A stretch of DNA of 64,000 nucleotides from assembly GCF_009914755.1 (NCBI RefSeq), contig NC_060934.1. One strand, given 5' to 3'. The stretch comes from the human T2T-CHM13v2.0 reference genome, Homo sapiens. The notes beneath the pieces were generated by a model. That model was not told the origin of the DNA, did not search any database, and worked only from the letters and a program-made list of their open reading frames with translations. The first letter of the stretch is position 1, and every line of letters starts with the position of its first letter. Of this stretch, positions 11,996-30,156 are shown in pieces. The translations under genes and the position numbers were made by a program.

Positions 11996-14900
11996 CTTTT
12001 TAAAACTAGAATCTCTCTTTATATACACCTCCAAATTTGTTATTTACAGTAGAGCCTCCCTTGATCCGTGTTTTTTCCCTAAATGCAAAGTTAGATTATA
12101 GTCCCAGGCAAAAGCAGCCTCCAGCTGGGACAGAGCCGAGGACCCAGGTTTGTGCAGCATGCTGCAGGTGGTCCTACCCGAGTGAGTCTGGCTGGCAGCT
12201 CCGGTGCCCAGGGCTCCTCAGGCACTGATAGATCATTTCCTGAGCTGAAAAGGAGTGGTTTTGTCCTCAGCCTCAGGCTTGTTTGCTCAGCACAGTGGCT
12301 GGCCCCACAAGGTTGCTGGTGCACTAGTGGGCACTGCACGTGTGCACAGGGCGCATCCACACAGCTCTGTCCTGCCACTGACAGCCTGCCCGTGGCTCCA
12401 GTGCCCGTGAGACCATGTCACAGTATCTCCCCGTCCCCTTACTCCCTTCCCCTTCCCAAATTCTGACCATTTCCCAAATGTGCCTAGCCCTTTCACACTC
12501 CTGTTTATGAAACCATTGTACTGGCTCGTTGATTCATTGATTCATTCATTGGTTCATAAATTTATTCATTCAGCTCACAGAAAGTGAGTTGGCAGATGTG
12601 GCAGGAAGGTAGGCACCCTGTAAGAGTGAGGAGGAAGTGAGTTGGAGGGCAGAGGGGGCCCTGGGAGCCCTGATGAGGAGCTATGTTTTATTCTGCAAGC
12701 AGCGGACAGTTAACACAGGGCTCCACAGAGGGTGCCATGATTCAGTGGACCCTGGCTCCTCTGTGCGAGATTGCCTGTCCTGCCCAGCATGTGGTCCAGG
12801 GTTGGACAGGGGTGGCAGAGGGGACTTGGGAGGTGGGGTGAGGGGTGAAAGAGAAAGGGATCTGGGGACTGAGGTGTGTGACCTGAGCAGTGAGGTGGGG
12901 CCATACCGTGATGAGATGGGGAAGAGTTGGGGACAATTTGGGGTGAGGAGGGGCCAAACTGAGGCAAAGGAGTGGAGAGAGCAAGGCATGGAGATGCCCA
13001 GGCTGCTGATCAGCATGCTGCACACCAGCATAGAGACAGGATTAACAGCCCAGGGCCTGGATATGGCTGGTGAGTGAGCCACTGCCACCATCTGGAGGAC
13101 AGGGTGCAGAGGAGGAAACCAGCCGAGGGGGTGAGCAGCCTCGGTAGCATCCCAGCGACGCTGGACAGCACCAAAGACAGAGGAGGTCCTGGGAGCAGCT
13201 GGGAGAAAGTGGGTTACCCAGGAGGGGCCGGCCTGAGCATGGGCCCTCAGCAGCAGCAGTGAGGCTGAAAGACGGGAGCCAGACCTTATGTAGAGTGGAG
13301 GAAAATAGCTGTCCACATGGAATTCTCCACCCAGCAAAAATGGGCCTTCCATGAATGACGTCAAAAAATGAGGCAAGAAGAAGGCCAGGCGCAGGCTCCT
13401 GCTGGTGGGGGTGGGACACAGTGGCAGGTGGGGAGGCGGGAGGAGCAGCAGTGTGGCCAAGCATCCAGTTCAGCAGGGCCACGGGCTCCAGGGTGTTTGT
13501 TCAGCATAAATGTTCTGTGAAATGTATTCGTTGTACATGTCAAATATTTGACTATAGTAAGAGAAAACATGAGTGGGAAGTGGGAGGGAAGCGGTGGGGG
13601 GGTGGGGGTGGGGTAACAGGTCACATCCTGAGAGGATAACAGTGCTCAGCATGGGGCTGGAGGGACCCCCATAGGGACAGCTGGCCTGGGGAGGCGGGGA
13701 CCGCGTCTTTCCACCCCCAGCCCCCAGGGAGGAGCCCTGGGGCCTGTTTCCCATTCCCAGGAAGATGATTGCATTAGGAAATCGTCTCTTAAGGAGATTC
13801 TGCTGGGCCATAATAAAGCTGTCATCTGCATCGTCTGCCACCCATCAAGGGCAGGCGTGGGGCTGGTGTCGCATGAGGGGTTCTGCAGGAAGGGCCTGCT
13901 CTACACACATGCCCTACGCTGCTTCTAATTCATGCAGTTTTTGGATCATATCGTTGTTATTGTTTTCTTTTTTGGAAGTCCCAAATTTCGGCCCTTGTGC
14001 TGCCATCCTAGGGAAGTTTTTCATGGTCTGGAGCTCCATTTGTGTTTCTGTGGCAGGGTCACCATGCCATGGCAAGGGTGACCTCACAGTGCCCCATCAG
14101 AGCTGCCGGGTGGTCGGCAGTGGGGGAGTGAGAGACCAAGGGCCACAGCCAGGAGCCAGTGGAGAGCTGGCGAGCCCCTGCCTCCACAGACAGGGCCAGG
14201 CCACGCTTAGTATGTGTGCACCGAGGGTGCAGGAAAATGTGTGTGCTTGTGTGTGAAAGCGGGTATATACCAGTATGAGCAAATACATGTGCTTGCTAGA
14301 GCCCTATTGGCAGTGTGAGAATGTGTGAGCATATGGGAGAACAAGTGTATAACAGTGTGTGCCCCCGTGGTGTGTAATGGTATGCGTCTGAGAGAATGAG
14401 TGTGTGTGAGAGAAGGAATGCATGTGTGCAATGTGTCCGCCTGAGTCTGACCAGGAGACAGCCCCACGTGGTCCCTGAGACAGGAGCAGTAACATCAGAG
14501 GCACTAAGCTGTGATGAAAGAGGGATGAATGGGGGTGGGGAGAGCTCTGTGGGGCACCCTCAGCTGCAGGTGGGCACCAGGGAAGGAACCCCTTCCCAGC
14601 TGGGGTCAGAGCCTGAGGGAGGAGCTGGATGCTAGGCTGGGGCTGCTGTGCAGGCTCAGGTCTGGCAGGAACTATCCTTAGGGCACGGGAGCTGAGGCTG
14701 GGGGCTGCAGGAAGCTGATGGCTAGGCTCAGGTATGGGCTGCATCAGTGCCGAGGGATTGCATGCTTTGGGTATGTGCTAGGGTGGAGCACATAGCACAC
14801 CCTGTCTCGTGGACTGCCCGGGCAGCAGGACCTAGAAAAGGCAGGTGTAACAACTGGAGACAGGAGCAACCCCTGGCCTGTCCCAGCATCTCTCCAAAGC

Positions 14901-17569
14901 CCTCCACCGATGAAGCTTGGCCTCGTGCTGCCTGCAAAGTAACCTGCTCCAGGCCCACCTGGGCATGAGAACATGCACACCTGGACGGAGTGTGTGGATT
15001 GACAAGGTGTGTGCACGCGCACATGTGGGACGAGGGGGCTCAGGACTGGTCCCCTCTGCATCCAAAGATGAATAATTTAAACAGCCCAGCCACGTGTGGA
15101 ACATTGGAAACAATCTAGCACTTCACTCTGTCAAACACTAGGGCAGACTCTTTCCTGCTGAGCTGGGCAGGGTGGGAGCAGATGGGGTCTTAGGTGGGCA
15201 TGCCTCCATCTCTTTTTCTGTCTCCTGCATGCCCTGTGCGTGCATACATATACACACACTCATGACACACACTACATAGGCCTTGAAGGTTTCTGAGGTC
15301 TCTCTGAATGTGAGCAGCAACTTGGGTCTTTGGCAAGTGTGCTGTGAGCAAGCAGGACCTTCCCCCACCCCATCCTGCATGGTGCCTGGGCACAGCCAGC
15401 CTGAGGAACCAGAACCACGGTGGCGGGGGTCATTGAGGGTTGATGTGGGAATCCTCTTGGTTTCTCAGACAAGCGACACTGCCATTTGCACCGTCGGTGG
15501 GTGTGGTGTGTGCCAGGCCACCGCTGTGCTGCAGAAGTACAGGGTGGGCCCAGCCCTGGCAACCAAAGCTGTCCAGGCAGACACCTGTGTGCTAGGTTTG
15601 AGGGAGGATTCTGTCACCACGTGGCATTTGGGCTTTGAAGGCATGGGGTGGGAAAAGCTTTGTAAGTCCTGCTGGTGACCTTCCCATGGTGCCAGGAGTG
15701 GGAGTGTCTGTCACCAGACGTGGGTCTCGACCCACGGGCCTGGCCTTGGTCCACAGGCCAGGCGGCCCTTCTAGGCAGAAAGGCGGCAGCAGGATGGGAA
15801 GCCAACCAGCAGGGCACTGGGCCTCCTGGCAGGCTCAGCACCTGCTGGCGCCTGGCTTCCACCATCACTTTCTTAGCTGTTATCCTAACCCCCGAGACAC
15901 AAAGCCTCACAGCATGTCCAGCTATTTCACTTGGTCAGGCTTCTCGCCACCCAGCCTTGCTGTTCTTATATGTGAAATGGGCAGTGAAGGGATCTGCACC
16001 CAGTGGCTGAGTCTGCAGTGAGAGCCTCATGATGATACACCCCTGTGCAGAGGTGCACGCCTGGCTGCACCTGCACTGGCCGTTCCTCCTCTCCTTAGCA
16101 TGCCTCCCCCACTTCGAAGCTGGGGAAACTGAGGCCCAGAGGAGGCCAGTGTTCTGCAGAGTCTGCACAGTCCGGTGGTTCCTGATGCCAGCAGCTGTTC
16201 CCCAGCTCTCCCCCGTGGCTGACCCACCACGATTGGCTGCATCATTTGTGGGCCCCTTGTTCTAGAATTATGAAGAATTTCAAGACTGTAGCAAAGAGCA
16301 TTAAACCAAGCGTGAGACCTCTGAGCAGGGCCCACTGGGACTGCCCAGGCTGCAGTCCGCTGAGGCAGGTCCTGCACCCACCTCCTTCATTCTCCCACCT
16401 TGGACCATGTGTTTTTCCATCTAGAAGTGTCTGTGACAAGCGGGAACCTTAAGACAGCTGTGCCCAGCTGCAGAGACCACCTGGGAGGCATTTTAAGTGC
16501 ATTTAAGTCTGTTTCTGCTCGCAATCATTGCCTGACCCACAAATCCCTTTTGGCAGCAGGGAGACCAATTGGGATTGGGCCCCCCACGATCCTGTAGGGG
16601 TGGGCTCTGCCAGATGGGAGCAGGAAGGCCCGTTCTCCCCTGCACATGTGGGCTTTGTGGTGGGGGCTTTGGGAAGCCCAGGCCTGTCCTACCTCTAGTC
16701 CCTGGACCACTAAAGGTGCTTGCACATCATGGAGGCCCCAGAGGAGCACCTGTGGGATTCCCAGACTGGATCTGCTCCTGCGACAGATGGGGTGCCAGGG
16801 CCCTACCCACTCTTCTGCAGCCTGGGCATCACCAGAGCCACCCCACGGCCACCCAAGGGCAAATGGTTCTTATTGGGAAGACCAGGGCCAGAGGTGTGTG
16901 TCCCAGAGAAAACTAGACCCAGCTGAGCTGCATTGCCTCTCCCCACCTGAGCTCAGCCAACCCCTAGCATCCTCTCTGGGGTAAGAACATGGACCCCACT
17001 GCCTGCATGGATAGCCCAGACATAGGATGCCACATGGGATTGGGAGGGGGCTCATCGGGGCCAGGGCATCTGGACCCTCCTCGCCCTGTGAGGCCACTGT
17101 GAGTTACAATCTCTCACCCTCTGTCGCCAGAAATGCAGCACCCCCTCCCACCCCGAGGGCACTGTCATGGGAGCAGTGTTCCTGATGTACAGTGAGCACT
17201 TCAAGAGAAGCTTTCTCCTGTTCTATTTTCCCACTGTGGGACTCCAGACGTCTCACCTGTTCTCTTCCAGGCTCCCCTTGGCACTTGATTGTTTCCCCCA
17301 GGTGTGTCCTGAAGGAGCCCAGCGGCCCTGGGGGCGTTCTCAACTGCTGCTGCAGGCCCCGCCCTCCAGACCCCTCAGCGACCTCAAGCAGCAACCGTCT
17401 GGGTGGGAGCAAACTGATCAAAAAGAGAGATCGATTACATACAAGTGCAGTATTCCTAATGTGTCCTTTGGATGTTGGTATTGTTTGGGCATTCTAGAGT
17501 CTATTTGCAGGTTCTTAATGGATTTTAAGCATTTTTTGCCTATTTATCCATCTTTTTAAAAATTCATAC

Positions 17570-18530
<961 letters not shown>

Positions 18531-18706
18531 GTTCCAAAAACTATTTTAAAAGCTTTCCACTGTGGGAAATGTTGGCCACACACAGTCAGCAGCATAGTGC
18601 ACTGTGCCCCTGCTTGGGCTCACTCAGCCACAGCCGAGGCTAGCATCCTGCCTTCTTCAAGGAAGCTACGCCTCCGTCCACAGCGCCTTCAGTGATTCAT
18701 TTTTCA

Positions 18707-19065
<359 letters not shown>

Positions 19066-19886
19066 AAATTACATAGATAAGATGCACGGACCTTAGCTGC
19101 ACAATACTGACAAACGAATATGCCCACGTGATCTGCACCCTTCTCAGGATATGGGACCTTCACATTCCCCAGAAAGTGCCCTGTGGCCCTTCCCAATCTG
19201 TCCACCTCCCCCACACCCCCGCCTGCCACAAGCAGCCAGTCTGATCCATTGGCTAACATCCGTCCAGAATCATGCCATGTGCGCTCTTCTCTGCCTGGCT
19301 TCCTCACCTTGGCATGGTTTGTGTGTGTGACCCATCCAGGTGTTTGCGTGTATCCATAGTTCATCCTTTTCCATTGCTGGGCAGGATTCTGTGGCATGGC
19401 TGGACCACGGTGTGCCTGTCCATCCACCTGCTGAAGGGCCTCTAGGCTCTTGACTTCTGTGAATCATCCTTCCATTTCCAACTATGGCATTTGATAGACG
19501 TATGTTTTCACTTTTCTTGGATGAATGGAGTGGAATTGCAGGGTCATATGGTAGGCGTATGTTTAGATAAAGATTTATGACTTTCCTGTAAAGTGCTTTC
19601 TTCATTTTTTGGCAACTGTTGCCTGCCCCACATGGGTGGCAGTGTCTCCTGCCCTTGAACACTCTGGCTCTGGGTGACCTGTTGAGAAGTCTGTATGGTT
19701 CAGGTGCCCTTCCGGCTTGGATGATTGAGAATAGGCTTGTCACTGAGGATACTGCTTCCCCTGTTTCCTTTTCTTTTTCTGTTTTAAAGCAGTTCTTTTC
19801 TAGCCCGTGTGTAACTATACAAATAATTGAGTGTTCATGTTCTCAGGAACAGAGATGAAAAACTCCTGCTAAGATCGGAATTTTAA

Positions 19887-20360
<474 letters not shown>

Positions 20361-21834
20361 TAAGTTAGGCTGGCCTGCCTCTGTGTCCAGCCTGGAGAGA
20401 AGCCAGGACAAGCTTCAGGGCTGCGTGAGGCTGTAGGAGTTTGGAGACACACGGGAATCATCCGGGTACACTCTTCTGCCAGACCCGAATCCCTCTTCCA
20501 GTGGGGCTAAAAAGGATTAGGAGGTTTCGAGAGAGGGAGTAAGTGGGGCTGGAAAAATCCCAAGGTTTTGATTTAGCAAATGACCTGCAACTCTCTGGAG
20601 AAGCGGCAGTTCCCAAGGAAAGCCTGACTTCTTATCAGCAGCTGGCTGCCCTTGTACCTGGCAGGGACTTGGGCCTGTCCCAGGTGTCCAGGGAGGAAAG
20701 AGGAGCAGTCAGAGCCAGAGTCACGGCCACATGTGACATTGGTAATGGGAGGGGTGGGGGGGAAGCAGAGCCCCTGTGACAGGAAATGGTGATGCTGCAC
20801 CTGGTAGCTCCCATCCCTAGCACCCCTCCAGGGCCACAGCTTGCACAGCCCTCACAACCACCCTGAGCCCTGTCTGCTGGTGAGAGGCAAGCCTCAGGCT
20901 ATGAATGCAGAGCAGGCATCCCTGCCCTACCCAGGCCTATCTGCCAGGGACAGCCAGGGTGCAGGGGAGGGAGGAGACTTGGGTGGGCAACTCCCTCCGG
21001 CGCAGCCCAGGCAGTTCCTGGAGGAGGCAGCATCTGAGGTTGGTCGTGGTTCTACGCACTTAGTTGCTGCCCTCTTCATCCTGAGCCTCCAGGGTGGAGC
21101 TTGAGGAATGGGAGTCCCTGGGTGGGGGCCAGTGTGGAATTTGCCCCGGGCCTGCATTTCGTAGGAGGCCTAAGCCCTCCAAGGTGGGGAGAGGCTTCAT
21201 GCACAGCCAGTTCCTGTGGAGGAAGAAACCACAGGGTAATTTAACAGGGAGAGTTTGTGTAAAGAATTAATTACAACAGGGGATTGGAGCAATGAGGGAC
21301 AGGCTAGCAAAAAGCAAAGAGAATGCCAGAGAATATGGGAAGAGCAGCTCTGAGGAGCAGCCGCCCACCTAGGGCTGAGATGGAGGCTGGGAAAGCCCTC
21401 GCAGCCCAGCTGAAATGGCTATGGCGCTTCGGTGATGGAACTTGCCGGAAATGCCCCCTCTAGGCATTGGGGAAGTATGTCTGCGGCCACTCCAAACCTC
21501 CTGAGGAGGGTGTGGCAGGGGGGTGCTGGTCACCCCTTACTGGAGAAGTTGCCACCATCAGAGTTGGGGAGCCTTAGACCCAGTGCTCAACACACCTCCC
21601 TGAGGAAGGGGCCTCTAAGCCAAGAACTGAATGATGAGAGCTAGGCCTGTGGGGCATTGGTGCTGGGCAGCAGGGCTGTGCAGCAGAGGTAAGGAGGTGG
21701 CAGGCAGAGCTGGAACACCAGTCTGAGCCTTGTGGACCTTGGTGGGGACCAGGGTTTACACCAGCCCTGGAGCTCCTGCCTCCTCCCCATTCCCGACTGC
21801 CTGGCAGATGTGGCCGATGCCCCCACAGACCTGA

Positions 21835-22900
<1,066 letters not shown>

Positions 22901-23693
22901 ATACGGGTGGAAGCCGAGGCATGGCGAGAAGCAGGCAGCTGCAGCCAGTCAGAGGGTGGGATGAGCTGGATCCCAGTGGAGAGGGGAGAAGGCAGCTGAC
23001 TAGGTGCAGGGAGGCCCCATTTGACCATCAGAAAGTCAGGAAGTGGGGCTCAACCAGGTCACAGAGGCTGCACCGCTGGCAAGTGTGTCCTAAATTCACA
23101 CTAACTTTATCACACAAACATGGCAAGAATATTAAAATCTCAGTAAAGGAAGACAAGCCATCACTTATGCTTCCCCAGATTCCTTTCATTCTCTGGGGCA
23201 GGGTTGATGGAGCACTTGGTTTTTTGCATGCTGCCCTTTTTCACTAAAAATTATGTGATTAAATTTAGTTTAGTGGGGGGTTTTTTGTAATCACACTCAA
23301 CAGAGGAAAGCATTATATGATAAGCATTTCCCACATACGTAATTCATGCGCAAGGCATGGTTCTGCCTGGGAGGCTTGTGGAGTTGCCCCCGCCTCCTTG
23401 GGGTGGGTTGTGGGGTCTTCAGCGGTGACCTTCCGCCTTCAGCATGCCCCCTTTTCTGGATTATTTCTGGAGGACAAATCCGAGGTCAGGCTCGTTGAAG
23501 ACTGTGTTGTGGTTCCTGGCCCTGCTTCAGGGGCGATGTAGTCTAGCGCGAGCTGCCGTGCAGGGCACGGAGCATTCGCTTTTGTCTCGACATCCGGCCT
23601 TCAGAGGATGACCAGCCTGGCGACGCACTGGACAAGGAGGTGTAGAGTGGGGATGCACACTAGGCGGTCGGAAATCATTATGCGTTAATGTCA

Positions 23694-24157
<464 letters not shown>

Positions 24158-24229
24158 CTACTGGTTGATCAGGGTGCCTGGTCCTGGCTCTTCCCAACCA
24201 GCACGAGTGAGGACGCAGCTGCAGCAGGA

Positions 24230-24765
<536 letters not shown>

Positions 24766-25708
24766 TAGTGTCCGTGTAGCCACCCAACCGTGTGGCCGAC
24801 CATTCGCGCTTTCATTTGTCCTTCGCCTCCGTCTGCGCCGTCTGTCCTAGGGGGAGGGGAAGGGGGAGTCCTGCCAGCACCCAGCTGGGCCTTGCCTCGG
24901 GAGGCAAGGACCAGGACGAGGCCCGAGGGCTCGCGTCTGGGGCATACTTGTGCCGCTGCAGGCGGGCGCGGCGCGCTGCCCGGGCGGGGAGCATCTGCCG
25001 GGAGGGCACTCCCTCCCACCAGCAGTTAGCCCCCAACGGGAGGGCCCTTGAGTGACCACGAGCAGAGCCGGGGATTGGAGAAGGACGGGAAGGCGGATCA
25101 CCTCCGGCGCCGCCCGCCCCGCCCTTCTCCGGCTCGCGCTGGTGGAGCGCGACCGCCACCTGCTGGGCCTCGGCCTTCCTGCAGCCGGCCCACCCAGCAG
25201 GGGCCGTGGGAGAGTGGGCGTGGGGACTGAGGTAGGTAGTACGTTGCCTTGTTCCGCTTCTCTGGGCACACCACGTGCAGGTTTGGCAGGGAAAGGGGGT
25301 CTGGTCGAAAGCACAATTTGTGAGTAAAGGCTATGTGGGCCTCCCTGGGGTGACAGCAGAGGCCTGGTGGGCAGAGCCATCCCAGGTGCCCAGCGGCTTT
25401 CCTCACAACCCCCTCCAGCCTGGGGTAGGAGGATGCTTGGAACAGAGCGCTCTGATGTACACCTGGCCTCCGAGCTCGGCTCTGCCGGCTGTTCCTGTGT
25501 GACCTTGACCTGACCTTCACCCTGTGGGGCCCAGCTTCCTCAGGGGAGAGTGGAGGTGCTCATCCTGCTCTCTGGGGACCTGGATGGGACCTGCCAGCAG
25601 GGTGCCTGGGCATCGGCTGTAATTCTCCTTATAAGAGGTCTGCATTGTACCTGTTACACAGGCGAGGCTCAGTGGCTCAGGGAAGGTGACGGCCAGGCTG
25701 GCCAGTGA

Positions 25709-26293
<585 letters not shown>

Positions 26294-27060
26294 TGATCCA
26301 TGGCCGACCCTGGCAGGGCCCCACCACACCCCCCTGCTGACCTCACCAGGGCTCACCACCGACTGCAAACACACATGTCACCTGAGGCTTTCCTCCAGCC
26401 CCTGGCACTCCATCGTTGCCCCTAAGGCGTCCCAAGTGCTTACGGATTATTGCTCCAGCCTCAGCAGCTCTCTGCTAAACAGGCTGGTGTACAGAAGCAG
26501 CCCCGAGCCAGGTCAGGGCTTCTGAGCCCATTATCCTGCCTGACTGCTGACATGCCACCATGCTCACCTGCTTGCAGGGCACCTTTCAGCAGCGGCCTTG
26601 CTTCCTGCCTCCCTCCGCCACCTCCTGCAGATTTCTCCTGGGATCGCCTTCCAAATAAACCACCTGCATTTGGGGTCTGTGTCTGGTGGAACCCCAGGCC
26701 ATGAGTCCTTCACCCCTTTCTGCCTGGCCTGGTCCTGTTCATTCCTCAGTCCTCCCCACCTCACCAAGCCTATGGAGGCCCCACTTGTCAGAGGGGAGAC
26801 AGCCTCCTTGCCCTGGCACTGAACACCCTGTGTGCCAGAGTGCCCCTCCCATCATTGTTTCCACCACATGAGATCCACAGTGGCAGCACGCGGCAGGTAC
26901 ACCGATGGCATGACTTCCAGGGCTTGGCCTGCGGGGTCATTGGGTCTGCTGGAGGTTCCTGCAGTGGAGGGTAGTTCTGCCATGCTCTGGGGGAGCTGTC
27001 TGGAGGGCTCTAGTGTGTCCTTCCCAGGGCCTTGGTAATGTAGACCTTTAACCCCCCATG

Positions 27061-27063
<3 letters not shown>

Positions 27064-27106
<43 letters not shown>
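27064..27106. repeat. (CA)21 microsatellite in RET intron 5
   Basis: Uninterrupted CA run. Confidence 0.98.
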
Positions 27107-27108
<2 letters not shown>

Positions 27109-27109
<1 letters not shown>

Positions 27110-28142
27110 GTTACCCAAAAAACGAAACTCTGTAAAACATTTTAAAGAGGTTTATTCTGAGCCAGGATGAGTGACCACAGCCTGGAGAAAACACAAACCC
27201 AAGAAGCCTTGAGTAAGTGGTCCCCAGGCCCAAGGTGGTGGAGTTACAGTTTGCTTTTATACATTTTAGGGAGACAGGAGTTACAAGCAAGGACATAAAT
27301 CAACACACAGAAGGTATACATTGGTTTGGCCCCAAAATGCAGGGTATCTTAAAACAGGGGCTTACAGGTTAGAGGTAGATGCAGAGATTCTTTAATTTAC
27401 AGTTGGTTGAAAGAGTTAAGCTTTGCCTAAAGACTTCAGGTCAGTACAAAGGAATGTTAAGGAGGCCTGCTATGTGTCGCCTGATGCTATACAGGGTCAG
27501 GAGGGAAAGTAAACCACGTTATACCTGGGTAACTTAAAAAAAAAAGGTTTTTAACAAGATTTTATGGACCAGGCATAGTGGCTCACGCCTGTAATCCCAG
27601 CACTTTAGGGAGACCGAGGCGGGTGGATTGTTTGAGTCCAGGAGTTCCAGACCAGCCTAGGCAACATGGTGAAACCCTGTCTCTACAAAAAAAAAAAAAA
27701 TACAAAAAATTAGCCAGGCGTGGTGGCACATGCCTGGATTCCAGGAACCTGGGAGGCTGAGGTGGGAGGATGGCTGGAGCCTGGGAGGTCGAGGCTGCAA
27801 TGAGATGCAACAGAGCAAGACTCTGTCTCAAAAAAGAAAACCAATGTTATGGTTTGTAGGGTGTTTCTTAACCCTTGCCTGGCATGGCCTTAGGTCCTGT
27901 TTATAATTTGGTATCTTACTGCCACAAAGAGTCTGATCTGTCAGTCTTATGATCTCTGTTTTAATGTTAATGCCGGTCAGTTGTGTCCAAACTCCAGCAG
28001 GAAGAGGGCCTAATAAGGCAAGTCCACCCTGCCTTCCTGTCATGGCCCAGAATTCTGTTTTTAAGGTTTTTCTGGTGTCCCTTGGCCAAGAGGGGATCTA
28101 TTCAGTTGGTCCGGGGACTCAAGATTTTAGTTTCAGTTTACA
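27109..28142 (-). mobile_element. Solo ERV1 LTR (MER4/MER41-group) containing an Alu
   Basis: TG...CA termini; flanks accc/actc (degenerate 4-bp TSD); phrase ttttatacattttagggagacag typical of antisense MER4-group LTRs. Confidence 0.75.
27566..27840 (+). mobile_element. Alu (J-like, internally deleted) inside the LTR
   Basis: Alu arms and A-rich linker; gtttgagtccaggagtt is J-like. Confidence 0.9.
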
Positions 28143-28485
28143 ACTCTATACACAAACACCCCATACACACAGGCACCAATACCCTATGCACAGACACCAC
28201 ACACATGCATACTACACACTTACACATACCACACACACGCATACCATGCAAGCATATCATACACACAGACACCCCATACAATGCGTACACATGCACACAC
28301 ACACAGGCTGCCTCAAATTGAGAAGGGTTCCTTGGACTTTCAGTTCAGTAAATCCCAACGTTTGAACATTGGTGCTAACTTAGGACCAGCCCCAGGCCTG
28401 TTGCATGGCACTGTATGTGTGAAAGTGCGTGTTTGCACCAGTGTGTGTGCAGGGCTGTGTCTGGGAAGAGGTGTGCTACACATGA

Positions 28486-28854
<369 letters not shown>

Positions 28855-30039
28855 TGAGCCCAGGGCCAGGAGGTACAGCTGTGTGCACAGAAGAGGCCTG
28901 GGAGAGCTCACAGTGGGCAGGGCTGGGGGCTCCTTGGGCCTCTCTTTTTTTCCCCTTTCCATTCTTGGTATCTTTAAAATGTATTTTCAAAAATGCAAGA
29001 GCAATGCTGGGTAAATCTGCATATGGTGACTCGGAAGAATCTTCCTGGTGGATTGGTGAGAGTGGCTTGCAGAGATGTTGGTCCCACGTGACTCCCTTTG
29101 TGCAAAAGCAGATCTTCCCTGACAGGGATCTGCAAGTGTGCAGAGATCACAGTGCTGTCCACAGTGGTGCCCTCAGGGGGAGGCAGGAAACGCTTCCACT
29201 TTTTACTTTTTGTAACTAGGTTTGCTAGAAAGCGTATATTTATATTTGTCTTTGGAAAATAATGATTAGAAATAGAAGGCATAAAAGTAATAAATATTCA
29301 TTGAAGATGAGGCATGAGGCATGAGGCGTGATCCCTTCTACCCATAGGCGCCAGTGTTGCACATCGTGGTGTTCTTTCTGGGATGTTTCTCGTAAGCACT
29401 TATTAAGTTGACTTGAAACTGCAGCACGCATGTTCTCGCATGCCACTCTCCCTTGCAGAGCAGCCCGTGGCGCCTCCTCTTCAGGGGCCATCTGCCAGTT
29501 CTTTCGGGTGGTTCTGTGCCCGCATCAGCTCCTGGCAGCCACCCGTGTCCAGCCCACGAGGGAGCCCACCCTTGGACATATCTAAGCTCCCCGACCACCT
29601 CCTTGGCCTTTAATGGGAGTGGGATCAGAGACAGAGGGACGACAAGACAGAGGGCCCCGGGGGGTCTCATGGGGGGCGGGGCAAGAGCAGGCATTGCTGA
29701 AGTTGGGTCACCTGCCCTCTGTCAGGAGCAACGGGGGCCTGAATCCCAGTCCAGCCTCAGCCTCACTGTGGTCTCACCTTTCTCCCCAGTTTGTAAAGCT
29801 GTGAATTAGGGACAGGAACCCTGAACAATTTTGAGAGTCACATGAGCATTTGGAAGTGGGCTTTGTAGGGGAAAGTGAGGAGGCCCAGGAGGCTGGTTTT
29901 TGCTGTGGTCACGTGTGGGCCTGGGAGAGCCCAGCCCTGCTCTGGCCCGCCCCCGTCTCGCCATCTGTGGAACTTTTGGTTTCAAGCAGCTGCAAGAGTT
30001 GCCAAGAGGTTGAAAGAATTCAGCTGCCTGACTCCAGGT

Positions 30040-30156
30040 CCTGGCATCCCCAGGAGAGGCCCCTCTTTCCCAGGGGCTCTGGTCAAAGTCCCAGAGCCTG
30101 GCATCCCCAGGAGAAGAGGCTCCTCTTTCCCAGAGGCTCTGCTCAAAGTCCCAGGG
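30040..30156. repeat. Imperfect 57/60-bp tandem duplication in intron 6
   Basis: cctggcatccccaggag...tcaaagtcccag at 30040-30096 and 30097-30156. Confidence 0.9.
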
